64,000 nucleotides of DNA from Octopus bimaculoides (taxonomy: Eukaryota), in assembly GCF_001194135.2 (NCBI RefSeq), contig NC_068992.1:49203332-49267331 (forward strand), in the 5' to 3' direction. Under the pieces are notes generated by a model that did not search any database, was not told where the DNA came from, and worked only from the letters and a program-made list of their open reading frames with translations. The translations under genes were made by a program, and so were the position numbers. Position 1 is the first letter of the stretch. Every line of letters begins with the position of its first letter. Below, piece by piece: positions 1-14,484 of the stretch.

Positions 1-261
1 TGTCTATTTCTTTCGCATTTAGTTTAGCCCAGTATTTACCATGTAGGGGCTTTTCTTGCCATCGTTTTATCATGGTCCGTTGCTGTTCTAGTTTTAGTTT
101 GGATTTCATTTGTTTTATAGCTTTTGTTGTTTCTTCTTCTTCTTCTTCGTATTTGTTAGGTAGATTGATTTCTTGTTTGTATTTGTCAGCTTCCTTAAAT
201 ACTGAAAACAGTTTTTTGTTTTGCTCGTGTTTTGTGGCTATTTGTATTAGTTTCCCTTGCT

Positions 262-299
262 TTATTATTATTATTATCATTATTATCATTAACATTATT

Positions 300-355
<56 letters not shown>

Positions 356-579
356 GTGGTGAGCTGGCAGAATTGTTAGCACACCAGACAAAATGCTCAG
401 CAGTATTTCGCCTGTCACTCCGTTCTGAGTTCAAATTCTGCCAAGGTCAATTTTGCCTTTCATCCTTTTGGGTACTGGGGTCGATGTAATCAACTATTCC
501 CCTCTTCCAAATTTCAGGCCTTGTGCCTTTAGTAGAAAGAATTATTATTATTATTATTATTATTATTGTTATTATTATT

Positions 580-615
<36 letters not shown>

Positions 616-640
616 TTGTTGTTGTTGTTGTTGTTGTTGC

Positions 641-677
<37 letters not shown>

Positions 678-680
678 GAC
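262..680. repeat. Compound trinucleotide microsatellites (ATT)n(ATC)n and (ATT)n(GAT)n(GTT)n flanking a SINE
   Basis: Read directly; similar compound tracts at ~53808-53910, 57108-57200 and 57841-58030. Confidence 0.95.
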
Positions 681-1532
681 AGTGGATTGGTAGAACTTGG
701 TTCTGAGTTTAAATTTTGCTGAGCTCAGGTATGCTTTTCATCCTGCCAGGGTCAATAAAAACAGCCAAGTAAGGCAGAAATACTGATTTCAAATTTTGGA
801 ACAAGGTCAGCAGTTTCAGAGCAAGGGAAAAATCAATTACATCGACCTCAGTGTTCAGCAGGTATTTATTTTATTCGCTCCCAAAAAGGATAAAAAAGGC
901 AAAGTCAACCTCGGTGGAATTTGAACTCAGAATGTGAAGATGGATGAAATGCCGTTAAGCATTCGGTCTGGCATGCTAACGATTCTGCCAGCTCGCCACC
1001 TTATGAAAGGTAGAAATATCAGAGCATTAAACAAGATGCCTGGCAGTATTTCCGGCTCTTTGTATTCCAACTTCAAATCCCACTGCAGCCCAGTTGCATG
1101 GTAGATGTAGTTCATCACCAGTTTTAACACCACCACCTGGTCCTTCATGCCATTAGCAGGGTTCAAGCAGTTGCAAGCATTCATATCAGGTCCCCAGTTT
1201 AAGGATATCTCCCTTCTCATTCACCAAATGCAAAGGCTCTAAAAAAAGCATCATATTCAGTATCCTTTTTCCTGACTCATTCATCATCATTTAATGTCTA
1301 TGTCCCATGCTGGCATTAGATGGACAATTTAACAGGATTTGATGAGTCCACGGACTTCATTGTGCTCTAATGTCTGCATTGGCAGAGTTTCTATAGTTGG
1401 ATGCCCTTCTTAATGACAACCACTTTACAGCATGTACCGGATGCTTTTTCTTTTATGGTAGACAATGAGGGGTTAAAGTATGAGAGACAGATGTAGAGCA
1501 AATTTCTTGCTGTAGAGGAGCTATATGACTAC

Positions 1533-1870
1533 TCAGATTTGGAAGAAAGGATAAGAATGGTTGGGTAGAGCTGGAAAGAGATAAAAACATGAGCACCAAA
1601 AACAATTAGTAACAGTATGGTACTGTGCTACCAAGTAGTCTTTGAAGTGATAGCTGTTGAAGTTTAGCATAGCAGCAGTAGTTGTAGCAGTAGCAGCAGC
1701 ACTTTTCCTAATATGTGAACAGTACTTTAGTGTGGGTTTCACTTGAACTTTATAGATGGTCACCAATTGGTCAGAGCTAAGTATTTTCTGGGCCTGCAAA
1801 ATACTAAAAAGATGGGTTGCGTCTTTAGGATGTAGTTTTAGTGTTACATATGCAGGGTTCACTAGTAAAG
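1533..1870 (-). mobile_element. LINE (Jockey/L2-like) RT fragment
   Basis: ILSSDQLVTIYKVQVKPTLKYCSHI resembles the LLxLYKxxIRPxLEYCSxVW motif. Confidence 0.6.
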
Positions 1871-3464
1871 ATCAGCAGATATTGTGACACCTAGCATTTG
1901 TTGTGACTTTAATTAGGTGTTTTTAATTACATGTTGTTCATAAGAGAGGGTGGAGGCATACATGATGCCTTCTTGATAAGTACTAGCCATATTACTGGAA
2001 AGTATTCAATCTACTTAAACCTGCCCTTTACAAAAGTTAGTTTTCTGTACAGACTCAAAAAAAAAAATCAATAAGTAAATGAATAAATAAAAACAGTATG
2101 ATGTAATAAATTTTCAGTGAAATCAGCAGTTTTGCTACTTCAAAAAAATCCCTTAGCAACAAAATGCATAAAATATAAAGTTATTAAAGAAAATTTAAAT
2201 TCTTAACGTTTACTGACTTCAATAACAAAAAAGAAAAAAAAGTTATATTTTCCCACAAATTACCTCCACATGATGTTCACTCAAGCTTTTCATCATGACC
2301 TATATTTTTGTTTCTCTGTTTAGTCTTTCTCAATCTTTACTTCTAATTAACAAGTATCTTACCAAAGACAGCCTATGACTGGATTGCTTCAAAGTACATT
2401 GCATGCACCAAATACTCCAGTGATACTTTTGTCAGAAGTTTATCTCATGCATCAGAGGTTTTATTTTTGACAAACACTATGGCTACCTCATATCTTGTTT
2501 ACCTATCTAAACGTTCTATAGCCACCCTCAAGTCTCTCTCTCTCTCTCTTTCATTCACCATATCTCTCTATATATCCAGCTATCTAACAATTTAGCTATC
2601 TCTTTCTCTATACTGATATATGGTGGTTGTCTACTCCTTAAACAGAGTTTGACCACCTCCTGCANNNNNNNNNNNNNNNNNNNNNNNNNNNNNNNNNNNN
2701 NNNNNNNNNNNNNNNNNNNNNNNNNNNNNNNNNNNNNNNNNNNNNNNNNNNNNNNNNNNNNNNNGGCTTTGGTCGGCCTGAGGTTATAGTAGAAGACACT
2801 TGCCCAAGGTGCCAAGCAATCGTGCAAATTCTTCTCGCTAAGTTGAACGGTATATTCATTTTAGTATGTTTTGGGTGGCAAGATGACAAATTGGCAATGA
2901 TAACAAATTAATTCCTAACTAATTAGTCAATCAAAGTACTTGATAAACAATCTTCTCAAATTTGTCCCCATTAATTTTTCTTAATGGAGTTTAAGAAACA
3001 AATGCTTTCTCCAAGTTAACTCCTTTGTCACTCTCCAATATTGTTTACATTCAGTACAGACATTCTGGAACTTACCAACATTTCTGTGTTTAGTTTTTGA
3101 TGTCATAACTTCCAGGGATGAAAAGCAAAATATGCTCAGACTGGAATCTATTTATAGTAACACCAAAGAGTGATCTACAGGTTGCTTTCCTCTTCACAGC
3201 ATACATGTTCTGTTCTTCTCAGATACCAAATCTAAATGGTGTACACTAAACTTCATCCTTTGAAAGAAAAAACATATGGTTTTATCATCAACACATTCTA
3301 CATGTGCTGAATACAGCAAATGAAGAGACTGATTACAAAGAATAACATGTTAGGACCGTTTATATCAGTTGGACTGTGGCTTTTAAATTAATGCTGGAAA
3401 AATCACTATAAATGTAGAGTTTTTATTTTTCTATTTTGGAAAACATTCATAGCTAAATGGTAAA

Positions 3465-3710
3465 GTAAAGTTCCTTCCCGAGTTATATAAACTCACGGGA
3501 ACAGTATCCTGGTTTCCATGGTGTATATATTCCTCATCTGGACTGGACGCCGGTCTGTCACAGGGTTACTCCTCTTTACCAGCTGAGTAGACTGGAGCAA
3601 TGTGAAATGAAGTGTTTTGTTCAAAAACATGTCGCTCGGTCCAGGAATCAAAACTACAGTTTTATGACCACAAGTCCAACACCCTGCCCACGAAGCCATG
3701 TGCCTCTACC
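3465..3710 (-). mobile_element. tRNA-headed SINE with a Deu/Nin/Meta-like central domain
   Basis: Minus strand reads ...AAAACACTTCATTTCACATTGCTCCAGTCTACTCAGCTG...AACCCTGTGACAGACCGGCGTCCAGTCC; a related head is at ~19123-19430(+). Superfamily assignment is from memory only. Confidence 0.6.
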
Positions 3711-5280
3711 ATTGCTAAATATTTCAAATAAAATAAATGTATGATAATAATAAAAGTGATATGTCTATAAGCTACACAACTTACCAAACCATTGCCAAGA
3801 TCTGTCAACAAACCGTTTGTTGACAGAACTGAACAGGACATCAGAGATGAAAAAAAAAATCTCTACAGAGCCTGGATCCTCTGAATTACAAATATTCCAA
3901 GTGACTAAAATAATGATGAAGTGAATGTGATCCATGAATCTTCTCTGGCTCGGCTACTTCAACAGGACAACTTCACTGAAACTGGACCAATTCTGTTAAT
4001 TCTGACACAATCTAAACTAAAGAAATTTGGTCAAGGAATCGTTTTTGAGAGATTTCAAATGTGAATGGCTTAAACTTAATCCTTGACTTACTTATAACAT
4101 TGACAAGATCTCAAACTTTGTAGTACTCTTAAGTTTTCATGTATGGTCATACTAGCTTTTGAAAACAGCAAAAAAGGAAAAGGTTAAACTGGTTTACAAA
4201 GCATACAAATCATGTTTGCCATTAACAGGGCAAAATGAATTTGATACACCACCAAGTAAGTGCAAAGCACAAAACTAAAAGCTTCATGCAAATAATAACC
4301 AACCAATAGAACCTGAAAATTATTACTGAAACACTATTGTTAACTATTGTTATTATCCCATGAAACATAGCTCAATGTAGTCTTGCAGAGGACTGCACTA
4401 ACTTAGCTGGAGTTTCTGATATTAATAGTGGTAATATCGGGTTCAAGGATATTTCTTCATTAGGAGAAAAACTGAAAAGTCTCACACACACACAACACTT
4501 TGGAGTGGAAAAACACATGGGAGAGACTGGATTGTTGGGTACCGGTACAAGAAGCTGACCTTCTACTGACCATATCTTATCAACCTGTACCAGCAAGCTC
4601 TCCATGGGATTAGAAATATACCACACTGGTTAGCTCTGGCAAAGTCAAAACTGATAGTTTTGGCAACAATATCAAATCTCATGAAAATGTAATACCTTGT
4701 GGACATTTTGGGAAAGCTACTGATGATGTAGGGGATATCTACCCCATTGGTATTGCATAATCAACATTTTCTATCAAAACATGGATATTAAGAGACGTGC
4801 TTATCTCTCTTATTGAGAATGTATTTAGTCACTATCTTCTGTTATTGAATAGCAAAAGCATATACTTCTAGGTCGGAAGTAATATATCTATAACAAGCCC
4901 AGAAGCTATTTCCCTGTTAATTTTGTTATCTTCTAGCTTGTGAGATATGTACCCATGCATAACTTTCTGTTGATGCAGGTCTTTCTCCCCTCATATTTCT
5001 CTTTAATTAGATTAGTCTAGGTAAATTTGGCTAACATGGAACAGTTGTACACTCAGGGTACCTACCAAAGAATACTTCACTTATTCTGAAGATGTTTATT
5101 GAATGATTACTCATTTCTCCCTTTATTGTTTAGTAGATGTCGTCTGGTATTACACTCAGTGGCTGCTTTGACTGACCTTAAGATTTGTCTCTTTCTAACA
5201 AAGTTCCTGTCCATGTATGTGTATGTATGTATATACTTAAATATGCTTGTATATGTAAGTAAATTAATATGTATGTAAGC

Positions 5281-5324
<44 letters not shown>

Positions 5325-5488
5325 NNNNNNNNNNNNNNNNNNNNNNNNNNNNNNNNNNNNNNNNNNNNNNNNNNNNNNNNNNNNNNNNNNNNNNNNNNNN
5401 NNNNNNNNNNNNNNNNNNNNNNNNNNNNNNNNNNNNNNNNNNNNNNNNNNNNNNNNNNNNNNNNNNNNNNNNNNNNNNNNNNNNNNNN

Positions 5489-5540
<52 letters not shown>

Positions 5541-5945
5541 CTTGTATGTGTGTATATGTATCGATGTATGTATGCACATATTTTTTCTTTTTTAAATTTT
5601 TATGCCTTTTATCTCATAGTGAAAAGGGTCACCATTTTCCCTATTGGTGTTACTTTACACAACTTGTCCTATTTCTGATGCTAAGTTGGAAGGCATTCTA
5701 CATGAATATTTCACTCTGTTGTTTTGTACTTTTTCTGCTATTGTCCCTGTTCATTTGTTTCTAGGCACACAAACAACATACACACACATGGCTATGTGGT
5801 GAGAAGCTTGCTTCCCAACCGTATGGCTCTTGGTTCAGTTCCACTGCATGGTATGTTGGACAAGTGTCTTCTACTATAGCCTGGGACTGACAAAAGATAG
5901 ATGGAAACTGAAAGAAGTCTATCATATATATACATACATACATAC

Positions 5946-5984
<39 letters not shown>

Positions 5985-6886
5985 CTGAAATATCTAATAT
6001 TAGATATCCATCACAGCTGATCTTACCAAGTGGTTTCGCACAAGGAATACAATGGAGACTTAGGTAACAATCTGATTATATAACCTTACGCTCATCAGAG
6101 TTAGCTGATATGAGAGGGAATATGGCGACTGCTCTCTATTGTCGGAGGTGGATTAACACAACCGGTCAGTGGCTGATATATTCATATATTTATGTGTGTG
6201 TATGTGTGCAGGTGGATGAGGACAGCTACATAGAGAAGTGCTGAGCTCTAATTGTGGAAGGTATAGACCCAGGAAGATGTGGGACAAAAAATCTTTGGGT
6301 GTTGGGCCTCACTGAGGAAATGACAAGGGGCCAGGAGATATGGCGATTTGCTGTACTTGACAAGACATGTCAAACTAAGTAAAATCGCTGTCTCCCACAC
6401 ATACAGGTTTGTCCTTGCAGGTGGTGGTGCCACTTGAAAAGCACCCGTGCAAGTACTGTGTTCATGCACCTGTGTCGGTGTTGCGTAAAAACCACCCAGC
6501 ACACTTTAAGTGGTGGGTATTAGGAAGGGCATCCAGCTGTAGAAATCATGCCACAAAAGACAGTTGGAGTCCAGATAGCTCCCTGCTCGCCAGCTCCATG
6601 TAAAACTGTCCAACCCATGCCAGCACAGAGAACAGACATTAAATGATGATGAAGGTTTGTCTCCCACCACCACTTGACAGTTAGTGTTGGTGTGTTTACA
6701 TCCTCCACAACTTAGCAGTTCAGCAAAATGACCAATAGAATAACTACCAGGCTTGAAGGAAAAATAATGACTGGTGTTGATTCATTCGACTAAAAATTCT
6801 TCAAGGTGGTGCCCCAGCATGGCCACAGTCTAATGACTGAAGCAAGGTAAAAGATATAATGTATATATATATATATACACATACGC

Positions 6887-6921
<35 letters not shown>

Positions 6922-6954
6922 CAGAAACACATATACACAAATATATATATACAT

Positions 6955-6999
<45 letters not shown>

Positions 7000-7150
7000 N
7001 NNNNNNNNNNNNNNNNNNNNNNNNNNNNNNNNNNNNNNNNNNNNNNNNNNNNNNNNNNNNNNNNNNNNNNNNNNNNNNNNNNNNNNNNNNNNNNNNNNNN
7101 NNNNNNNNNNNNNNNNNNNNNNNNNNNNNNNNNNNNNNNNNNNNNNNNNN

Positions 7151-7202
<52 letters not shown>

Positions 7203-7469
7203 ATATGGACACATATGTGTGTGTATCTACATGTGACTATGGATACACACACACACACAATGTATGTGACATATCTGACTAGTCCATAACATTCTTTTAT
7301 GCATATGTACAGTCATTCATACTTTTATCTATCCAATTTATCTGGCTCTTTCTCTCTCTATATGTATACTCTTACATAGTACTACTACTAACATGTAACC
7401 CAGTACAACCTGTCACATGGGGATAGGCTTTGCTCTCAATATTGAATTTTGGCGCGAACCTTTCAATGA

Positions 7470-9150
7470 TCTTTTTACAAATGGATTACTGCATATTTTT
7501 ACTGTCTTCTCTCTTGGCAGTAGAGTTTTAACACTTTCAGCCTCTCTCAACAGCCTAGTAGTTGATTTGAGGTGATCTCCTTCATGAAGCATTGGTAGAT
7601 TGCCTCTAGTTCAGTTGTTAGTTCAATAATGTTTGATAACTATAATTGTGAGTAGTAGACTAGGCAGCTGAAGGTAACTGTTCTTCACAAAAACAGCATG
7701 GTTCCCTGCTGTCTTGTACTGAATAATCTCAGGATGTTTCAACCCATCCTTTTTGCCCATTGTTGCCAACTTGGTAATGTGTACATGAAAAGATGCATCA
7801 TTTGCTTGAGAAGACACGTCAAGCATAGTGAAATCATAATCATGGCCAGTGCCAGAGACCCGTAAAAGCTCGCACCCCGTGCTGCTGACATGTTAAAAGC
7901 ACCTGTGCCGGTGACAGGTAAAAGGCACCAGGTGCACTTTGTTAAGTGGGTGGGATTAGGAAGGGCATCCAGCCATAGAAGCCAAGCTAAAACACACTGG
8001 AGCTTTGTACAGCTCTTCGGCTTGCCACTTCAGGTTGAACTGTCTAACCCATGCCAGCATAGAAAATAGATGCTGAATGATGATGATGATTATGCATATT
8101 TATCCCCAGGTCATATACTGACTGTGACCCTGGAATTGCAATTTCTCCAGGTCCTGTGTAACCTGGTTGTAGAGTATTTGTGGGCTGATAATAAAGAACT
8201 TAGAATTTCCTAGTGTTAATTGCATGTGATTTTCTTCAGACCTCTAGCAGATTACACTAAGTACCTGCTGCAGGTTTGCAGTATCTCTGGGGTCCTTTAT
8301 TACCTGAGATGCTTTTGCATCATTACCATAGCTAGTGAGAGTAGTTGTTTGTGTAACTAAGAGCATGTTTGATAAAGGTGTCCCAAATAGCAATGACCCC
8401 AAGACAATCCCCTGTGGGACTGCACTCAAAACTGGGATTTCCTTTGAAAGAACATGGTTGGTTGTGACTGTCATGCAACAATTCTTATTTCCGAATACTA
8501 CCCTTACCACACCATCAAGGAGTTGGTTTTCTCAAAGGGCTTCACAAGGTCGAGATATATATAATTCCCGATCAAATGATTGAGCAGCTGTTTCAGCACC
8601 CAGTTGTAATGCTACAGAAGTTGTGTAAGGCAACTTCTTCCTGGGTAAAAGCCACGCTAAGTGTTAGTTAGCAAGCCTTTTTCTTCCGATATCAAGATTA
8701 ATTTTTTCTGTTAATTCATTTGTTCCATAACTTTACTGATATGTGAAGCCTCTCTTCTGGTCCCACTTTTGTCAATAGGGTATATTATACCTTCCTTCAA
8801 CTTTTTCAGATGTCCCACCTGCTAGGAAATTTTGAAAGAATATTTGAAGCGGCATAGCTGGAGCTTGTTTATATGTTTTTAGAAGGATTCTAGAGAATCT
8901 ATCAGGGTCTGTTGCAGAAATTAAGCTCATTCCCACTATAGCTGATATCAAATCTACTTTATGCCAATGTAATTGATATTTGTCACCTGTTAATATAGAG
9001 CTATAGGGTCAAAGAATTCCTCAAGCTCATTTACCTGTCCATATCCCAATGGGGAGATAAAAGCACTTTTGAACTGTTCATTCAGTATTTCACTTAACTT
9101 TTTGGTGTCTTCTGTTAACAAAGTACCTCTTTAAAAAATGTCCCTATTTT
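7470..9150 (-). mobile_element. Decayed CR1/L2-like LINE RT, interrupted by a SINE at ~7850-8090
   Basis: SAVPQGIVLGSLLF...SYGND (GVPQGSVLGP/YADD equivalents) at 8244-8510; upstream DPDRFSRILLK...PLQIFFQNFL; downstream NDASFHVHI. Confidence 0.8.
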
Positions 9151-9779
9151 CTGATACATAGATGATTTATCTCCTAACTTCAATTTGTCTCAGTCATTGG
9201 ACTGCAACCATACAGGGGGCTCTGCATAGGATTTTATCCAAAACAAATCAACTTCAGTACTTAGATTTTTGAAGCCTGGTATTTATTCTAGCAGTCTATT
9301 TTTCTGAACTGATAAAGTGGAGGAACGTAAAGAAACAAACACCATTTGTCAAGTGGTGGTGGTGATGGGGATAAGCACAAGCACATAGACACACACAGAC
9401 ATGTACTACAAGCTTCTTTCAATTTCTGTTTACCAAATCCACTAAATAAGCTATGACTGGGCCGGGCTATAGCAGAAAACACTTGCTCTGTAAGGTACCA
9501 CACAGTGGGACCGAATCCGGAACCATGTGTTTGGGAAGTAAACTTCTTACCACACAGCAACGTCTGCACCTAGATTCTCTAGTAAATTTGAAGAAAACTT
9601 AGTTCTTATTTTCTCTACAGCCTTGGTTTCTCTCTCTGATCTCTCCCTGATTTTGTTTTTCTATTTCTTGAAGTGTCCTTATTAAGTGGGACTGTTTATT
9701 GTTTCTCTAAATCTTAACTTCATGTACTGAGGATATTCGAGTTAATGTTTTAAATTTCAAAAAAAAAAAATATTTACTT

Positions 9780-10165
9780 GGCTATGTGGTAAGAAGTTTG
9801 CTTCCCAGCCACATGGTTTCAGGTACAGGCTTATTGCGTGGCACCTTGAACAAGTGTCTTCTATAGCTTCGGGCCGACCAAAGCCTTGTCAGTAGATTTG
9901 GTAGACAGAAATTGAAAGAAGCACGTCGTATATTTGTGTGTATATATATACATATATGTGCGTGCGTTTGTTCCTCTACCACTGCTTGAGAACTGGTGGT
10001 GTGCTTACGTCCCCGTAACTTGGAGGTTCGGTGAAAAAATCCGATAGAATAAGTATCAGGCTTTAAAAAAATAATTATCGGGGGTCAATAAATTCGACTA
10101 AAAATTCTTTGATGGGGTGCCCATAGTGGCCGCAGTCTAATGACTGAAACAAGTAGAAGATAAAG
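9780..10165 (+). mobile_element. SINE family C, representative copy (5' half, (TA/TG)n spacer, 3' half)
   Basis: GGCTATGTGGTAAGAAGTTTGCTTCCC...GGCACCTTG...GAAAGAAGC. Other copies at ~5788(+), 6640-6850(+), 9300-9560(-), 19540(+), 28955-29105(-), 38333(+), 49355-49780(+), 51025-51395(+), 59507(+), 62160-62345(+) and 62418-62556(-). Confidence 0.85.
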
Positions 10166-10171
10166 GTGTGC

Positions 10172-10221
<50 letters not shown>

Positions 10222-11089
10222 NNNNNNNNNNNNNNNNNNNNNNNNNNNNNNNNNNNNNNNNNNNNNNNNNNNNNNNNNNNNNNNNNNNNNNNNNNNNNNN
10301 NNNNNNNNNNNNNNNNNNNNNNNNNNNNNNNNNNNNNNNNNNNNNNNNNNNNNNNNNNNNNNNNNNNNNNNNNNNNNNNNNNNNNNNNNNNNNNNNNNNN
10401 NNNNNNNNNNNNNNNNNNNNNNNNNNNNNNNNNNNNNNNNNNNNNNNNNNNNNNNNNNNNNNNNNNNNNNNNNNNNNNNNNNNNNNNNNNNNNNNNNNNN
10501 NNNNNNNNNNNNNNNNNNNNNNNNNNNNNNNNNNNNNNNNNNNNNNNNNNNNNNNNNNNNATATATATATATATATAATATATATATATATTATATATAT
10601 ATATAATATATATATATATTATATATATATATAAATAAAGAGAGCACAGTGGAAGGAATCAAACAAGCTATACAATGATATAAACGTATTTTCTTATATT
10701 TCAAATCTATATCTGTATCTATGTGTACACACACATACACAAAGAGAGAATGGAAGAGAGATTGTTTAGTGGAAAGAATGAAACCGCGTCTAATAACCTC
10801 TAGATATATAAAAATGAAAATCTTTAACGAAGTCTTAAACGAAAATAAATAAATGAAATAAAGATTTTTTTAAAAATTTAACGAGAAAGAACAAAATGTG
10901 CTATAGATTGTCAATTTAAGAAAATTAGGTCAAGGCAAAAGTTGAAATATTAACCACAAACGTGAAATAAGTACCCTGTAATCGTACTTTAAATGACCAA
11001 CATGTGGTACGTGTTTAATCATAATGAAATAAGTTGACATAGAAATATATACGTATACAAACACCAACGAAAATAAAGAAGAAAAAAAT

Positions 11090-11880
11090 GTATTTTCTAT
11101 AAAGGTGTCCTCTTTTTTCTTTTTTTTACTGTAGGAATCTTTTTTTTTTTTTCCTGGTTTTTGATTTCGAATTGAAAAACTGTAGACGAGAAATCTGGTT
11201 ATGGAGGAGGCAAAGAAAAGATGTAGAAATTGTGTAATTTGTTGCTAACATTATTGGCAATATTTTACGTGGAAATATTTTCATTTAATTTTACAAAAGA
11301 AACATAAGAAAAATATTTGTCCAATATTTTTTTTTTTGTACAATAAAACTGTGGGAAAAAAATGGTTTGTGCGTGTCTGTCTGAATAAAGTGCGCGTTGC
11401 GTGTCTATGTAAGTGCGTTTTGCGTCTTATACGTTGATGTGATGTTAAAAAAAGTGAAAAAGTGGCAGTAATGGTAAAAATAGATGTTTTTGGTGTTTTT
11501 TGTTTAAATACAAGTTTTATTGTATCCAATGAAACATTAGAACGTTTGTAGATGAATCTGAACGTCTACACGTATAGGTCAACCAGATGTAGGTTGAATT
11601 TGTTTCATGTATTGTAGCTATTTGTGTGTTTGTATGTGTATGTATTTGTAACCTATGCATGAGTGAAAGACGAGGGTGTAAGGGGGAGAGAGGGCCTAGT
11701 AGCAGGAGTAATGCTGGCATAACACACATTTGCACATCAATCAACATATTCTATTCACTTCGAAACATCTAGCAAGCAAAACACGGCGCCTTGTTGAAAC
11801 TACAAGAAGTCTCCATCTAAAGTAACTTTTTTTACACACAAAAAAAACCCTGTTGTATTTTTTTGCATTTAATACTAAAC
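11090..11880 (+). promoter_or_regulatory. CpG-rich promoter/5'UTR region upstream of gene A exon 1
   Basis: Visibly many CpGs, TATAAA at 11098-11103 and a GTAAGT donor at 11409; the TSS cannot be determined. Confidence 0.35.
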
Positions 11881-11946
11881 ATGGTGCGGTCTTCAAGAGT
11901 ACAAAAAACTCAACCGAAAAAAACTAAAGCAGAATCTCCAGCGCCG
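11881..11946 (+). CDS. Gene A, candidate first coding exon (MVRSSRVQKTQPKKTKAESPAP)
   Basis: aaacATGG start context, 22 open codons, CCG|GTAAGA donor in phase 0 matching the phase-0 acceptor at 37283. K/P/A/R composition and the RSSRVQ motif echo exon 4 (RSRVQ). Lies in a CpG-rich region. The link across a 25-kb intron is inferred. Confidence 0.6.
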
Positions 11947-13875
11947 GTAAGATATTTTATTTAAAGAAGAACTAAATGAAATAAGGAGAGAACGAGCTAG
12001 CTTTTTTAACCATTCTGCGACCGCTCACTTTTTTGTGTACACGTACGTGTGTGTGTTTGCTTGTCCGCATGTGCGTGTATATATATATCTATATATACAT
12101 ATATATGTGTGTTTCTATCCGTGTGTGTTTGTGTTTCTGTCTTTGTGTGCGTGCGTGCCTATTGTTATTCTTAGCTTGGAATTGTATTTTTGAAAACAGA
12201 CATAAACGAGTATTCTGCAGAAAAAATGCTCACTAGATCGAAGTTCTTTCACATATATATTACTCTCAATTATCGATATATATATATAAAGACTAAAGAG
12301 AGCAATGGAGAGGGGGAACTGTAGAGATAGTGAGAGAGGGTGAACCTTCCAGCAGCGCGCTTCTGGTTGATGGCGAAATGAGAGACAAAAAAAAAAGATC
12401 ATACCTTGACCATGTTTTACAAATTATTTCAATAATACATCGATTTCCCACCAATTCTTTTTACTTAATATTCTTACTTGATGCTTCGACTTCACTTCTG
12501 CCAAATTAGTTTAGCTTTTGCTCTTTTCTATTTTCTCTACGGTTGTGTTACATGCTGCCTTGTCTATCCTGTCCACTGTTTTTCCCCCATTTATTAAAAC
12601 ACGATGTTTCATGTTTTGCGAGAATTTCTTGGCGCTCCTTCGAAATGTTGCGTTTTAATATTTATTATTTGTTGCGTGTCTCTCTGACGCTTTTCAACAG
12701 AAGTCCGAATTTTATTTACATGCTACGAAAACGAAATTGAAATGTACATTTCTTTTTAATATAAATAAGCCTTCAAATTATGCGTATCTGTTTAATATAC
12801 AGTGTTTGCGTGTGTGCGTGTGTATGTATATATATATGATACAATGTATATGTATAGACACATGTGCTTGGCTGTTTAAATGCTAATTAAGATAAGGATA
12901 TTTAACCAGTTGTAAGAGACGATATTTTCTTAAAAGAAATATTAATACAATTTTTACCAAATACAATAATTAATCAATTTTCTCTTATAAACATTCTTGT
13001 AATAAACCTATTTCTATACTTAATGGTTTTTCATAACGTTATTTTCAATTACAAAAAAATCTATTTCCATAGGAATAACAATGGAGATATTGTCTAGAAT
13101 CGCATAAAGCATCTGCTCTTTTTCTTTTCTTTTTTTAATTTCCATCATAATTACAAGAACGAATTTATTTCCATTGATAAATCTATTAAATTGTTTTTTT
13201 TTGTCACATTAGAAATATATCTGCTAAAGTAAAACAGGAATGATTAGTTTATTTACTGAAGTAAAACTGCAATGATAGGGGTGAAGGTACAAACATATAT
13301 ATAGAGAGAGAGTGGACATTATTTAAATGTAGTGTTGGATCTCAGCTTTTTTCTCAAAAAATACTGTTTCAGGCTCTCTACTAAATATGTCTTTGTATAC
13401 CATCGTTGTTCATTTATTGTGTTGCTTGTGTTTAAAGGAGATGAGATGGCCATATAGAGATATAGAAAAGGAGAATGTGTGAAGCGGCAAATTGAGAATG
13501 GAGGATAAAGTCAATAAGACGAGAGAGGGAGAGAGAGAGAGGGGCAGGGTTGATTCTTTCACAACCGTTTCAACCGGACTCAGTCGGTTCCAGGCGGCTG
13601 AATCTGCTGAAGACTAGTTAGAAAGAGAGAAAGGGAGGGCCATTTAATGTCTAACATTGTTGAAGGAAGTGGGAGAGAGAAGCATTTATATTTATGACTT
13701 GTTCATTCCTGGTATTTCACCGTCCCTTACAGCCCTCTTCCCGTCACCCTGGTCTCTGTCTCTCTCTCTTATCCCCTCCATTCTTGTGGTTCAAAAACAA
13801 CAGGACATTTTTTACTAAGTCCCTCTGAAATAGACACAGAACGAAAAGATATTTTATATATAACACACACGCATG

Positions 13876-13967
<92 letters not shown>

Positions 13968-14484
13968 AATAGACAGACTGTATTTGTAGATAAATGGTAA
14001 ATATATTTGGGCACGTTTAGCAAACATTAATTCTTGTGCATATATACATACATACATAATCCCCACTATCTATCTATCTATCTATTATATACATGCTTGT
14101 AAATGAAGCTACGGCTTCTTTTCGTTTCTATCATTAGTCCGAATTTGTAGCGTTTTCTCTCTCGCTTGCAAATTCTAACAAATATATTTATATAATATTA
14201 ATTATCATAAAACAATTATTTACACCCATACTATAATAAAATGTAATACATGTACATTTCGAAAAATTTCAGATGCTATCTTTCCTTATTTTAACAATAT
14301 ATTCTGAAATATTGGCCTCTCTTTTATTTCTATACTGTTTGCCATTTTTTCTCTTTTTCTCCTTCTTCATCCCTCTTGTCTTTGCCTCCCTTCCTCCTTC
14401 TCTCTCATTTCAATCCTGTTCCCGCTCTTAAACATGACATGTAGTTTGCTAAAAGTGCAAACTTACGCAACCGCACTGAGAATA

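Noticed and set aside
72-722. Low-complexity ORFs (poly-I, D, V, S) here and the YI/HT-repeat ORFs across the window
   Set aside because: Translations of microsatellites and N-gaps.
3990-5100. hAT zinc-finger and LINE endonuclease remnants
   Set aside because: Only faint, stop-riddled resemblance; too weak to call without a search.
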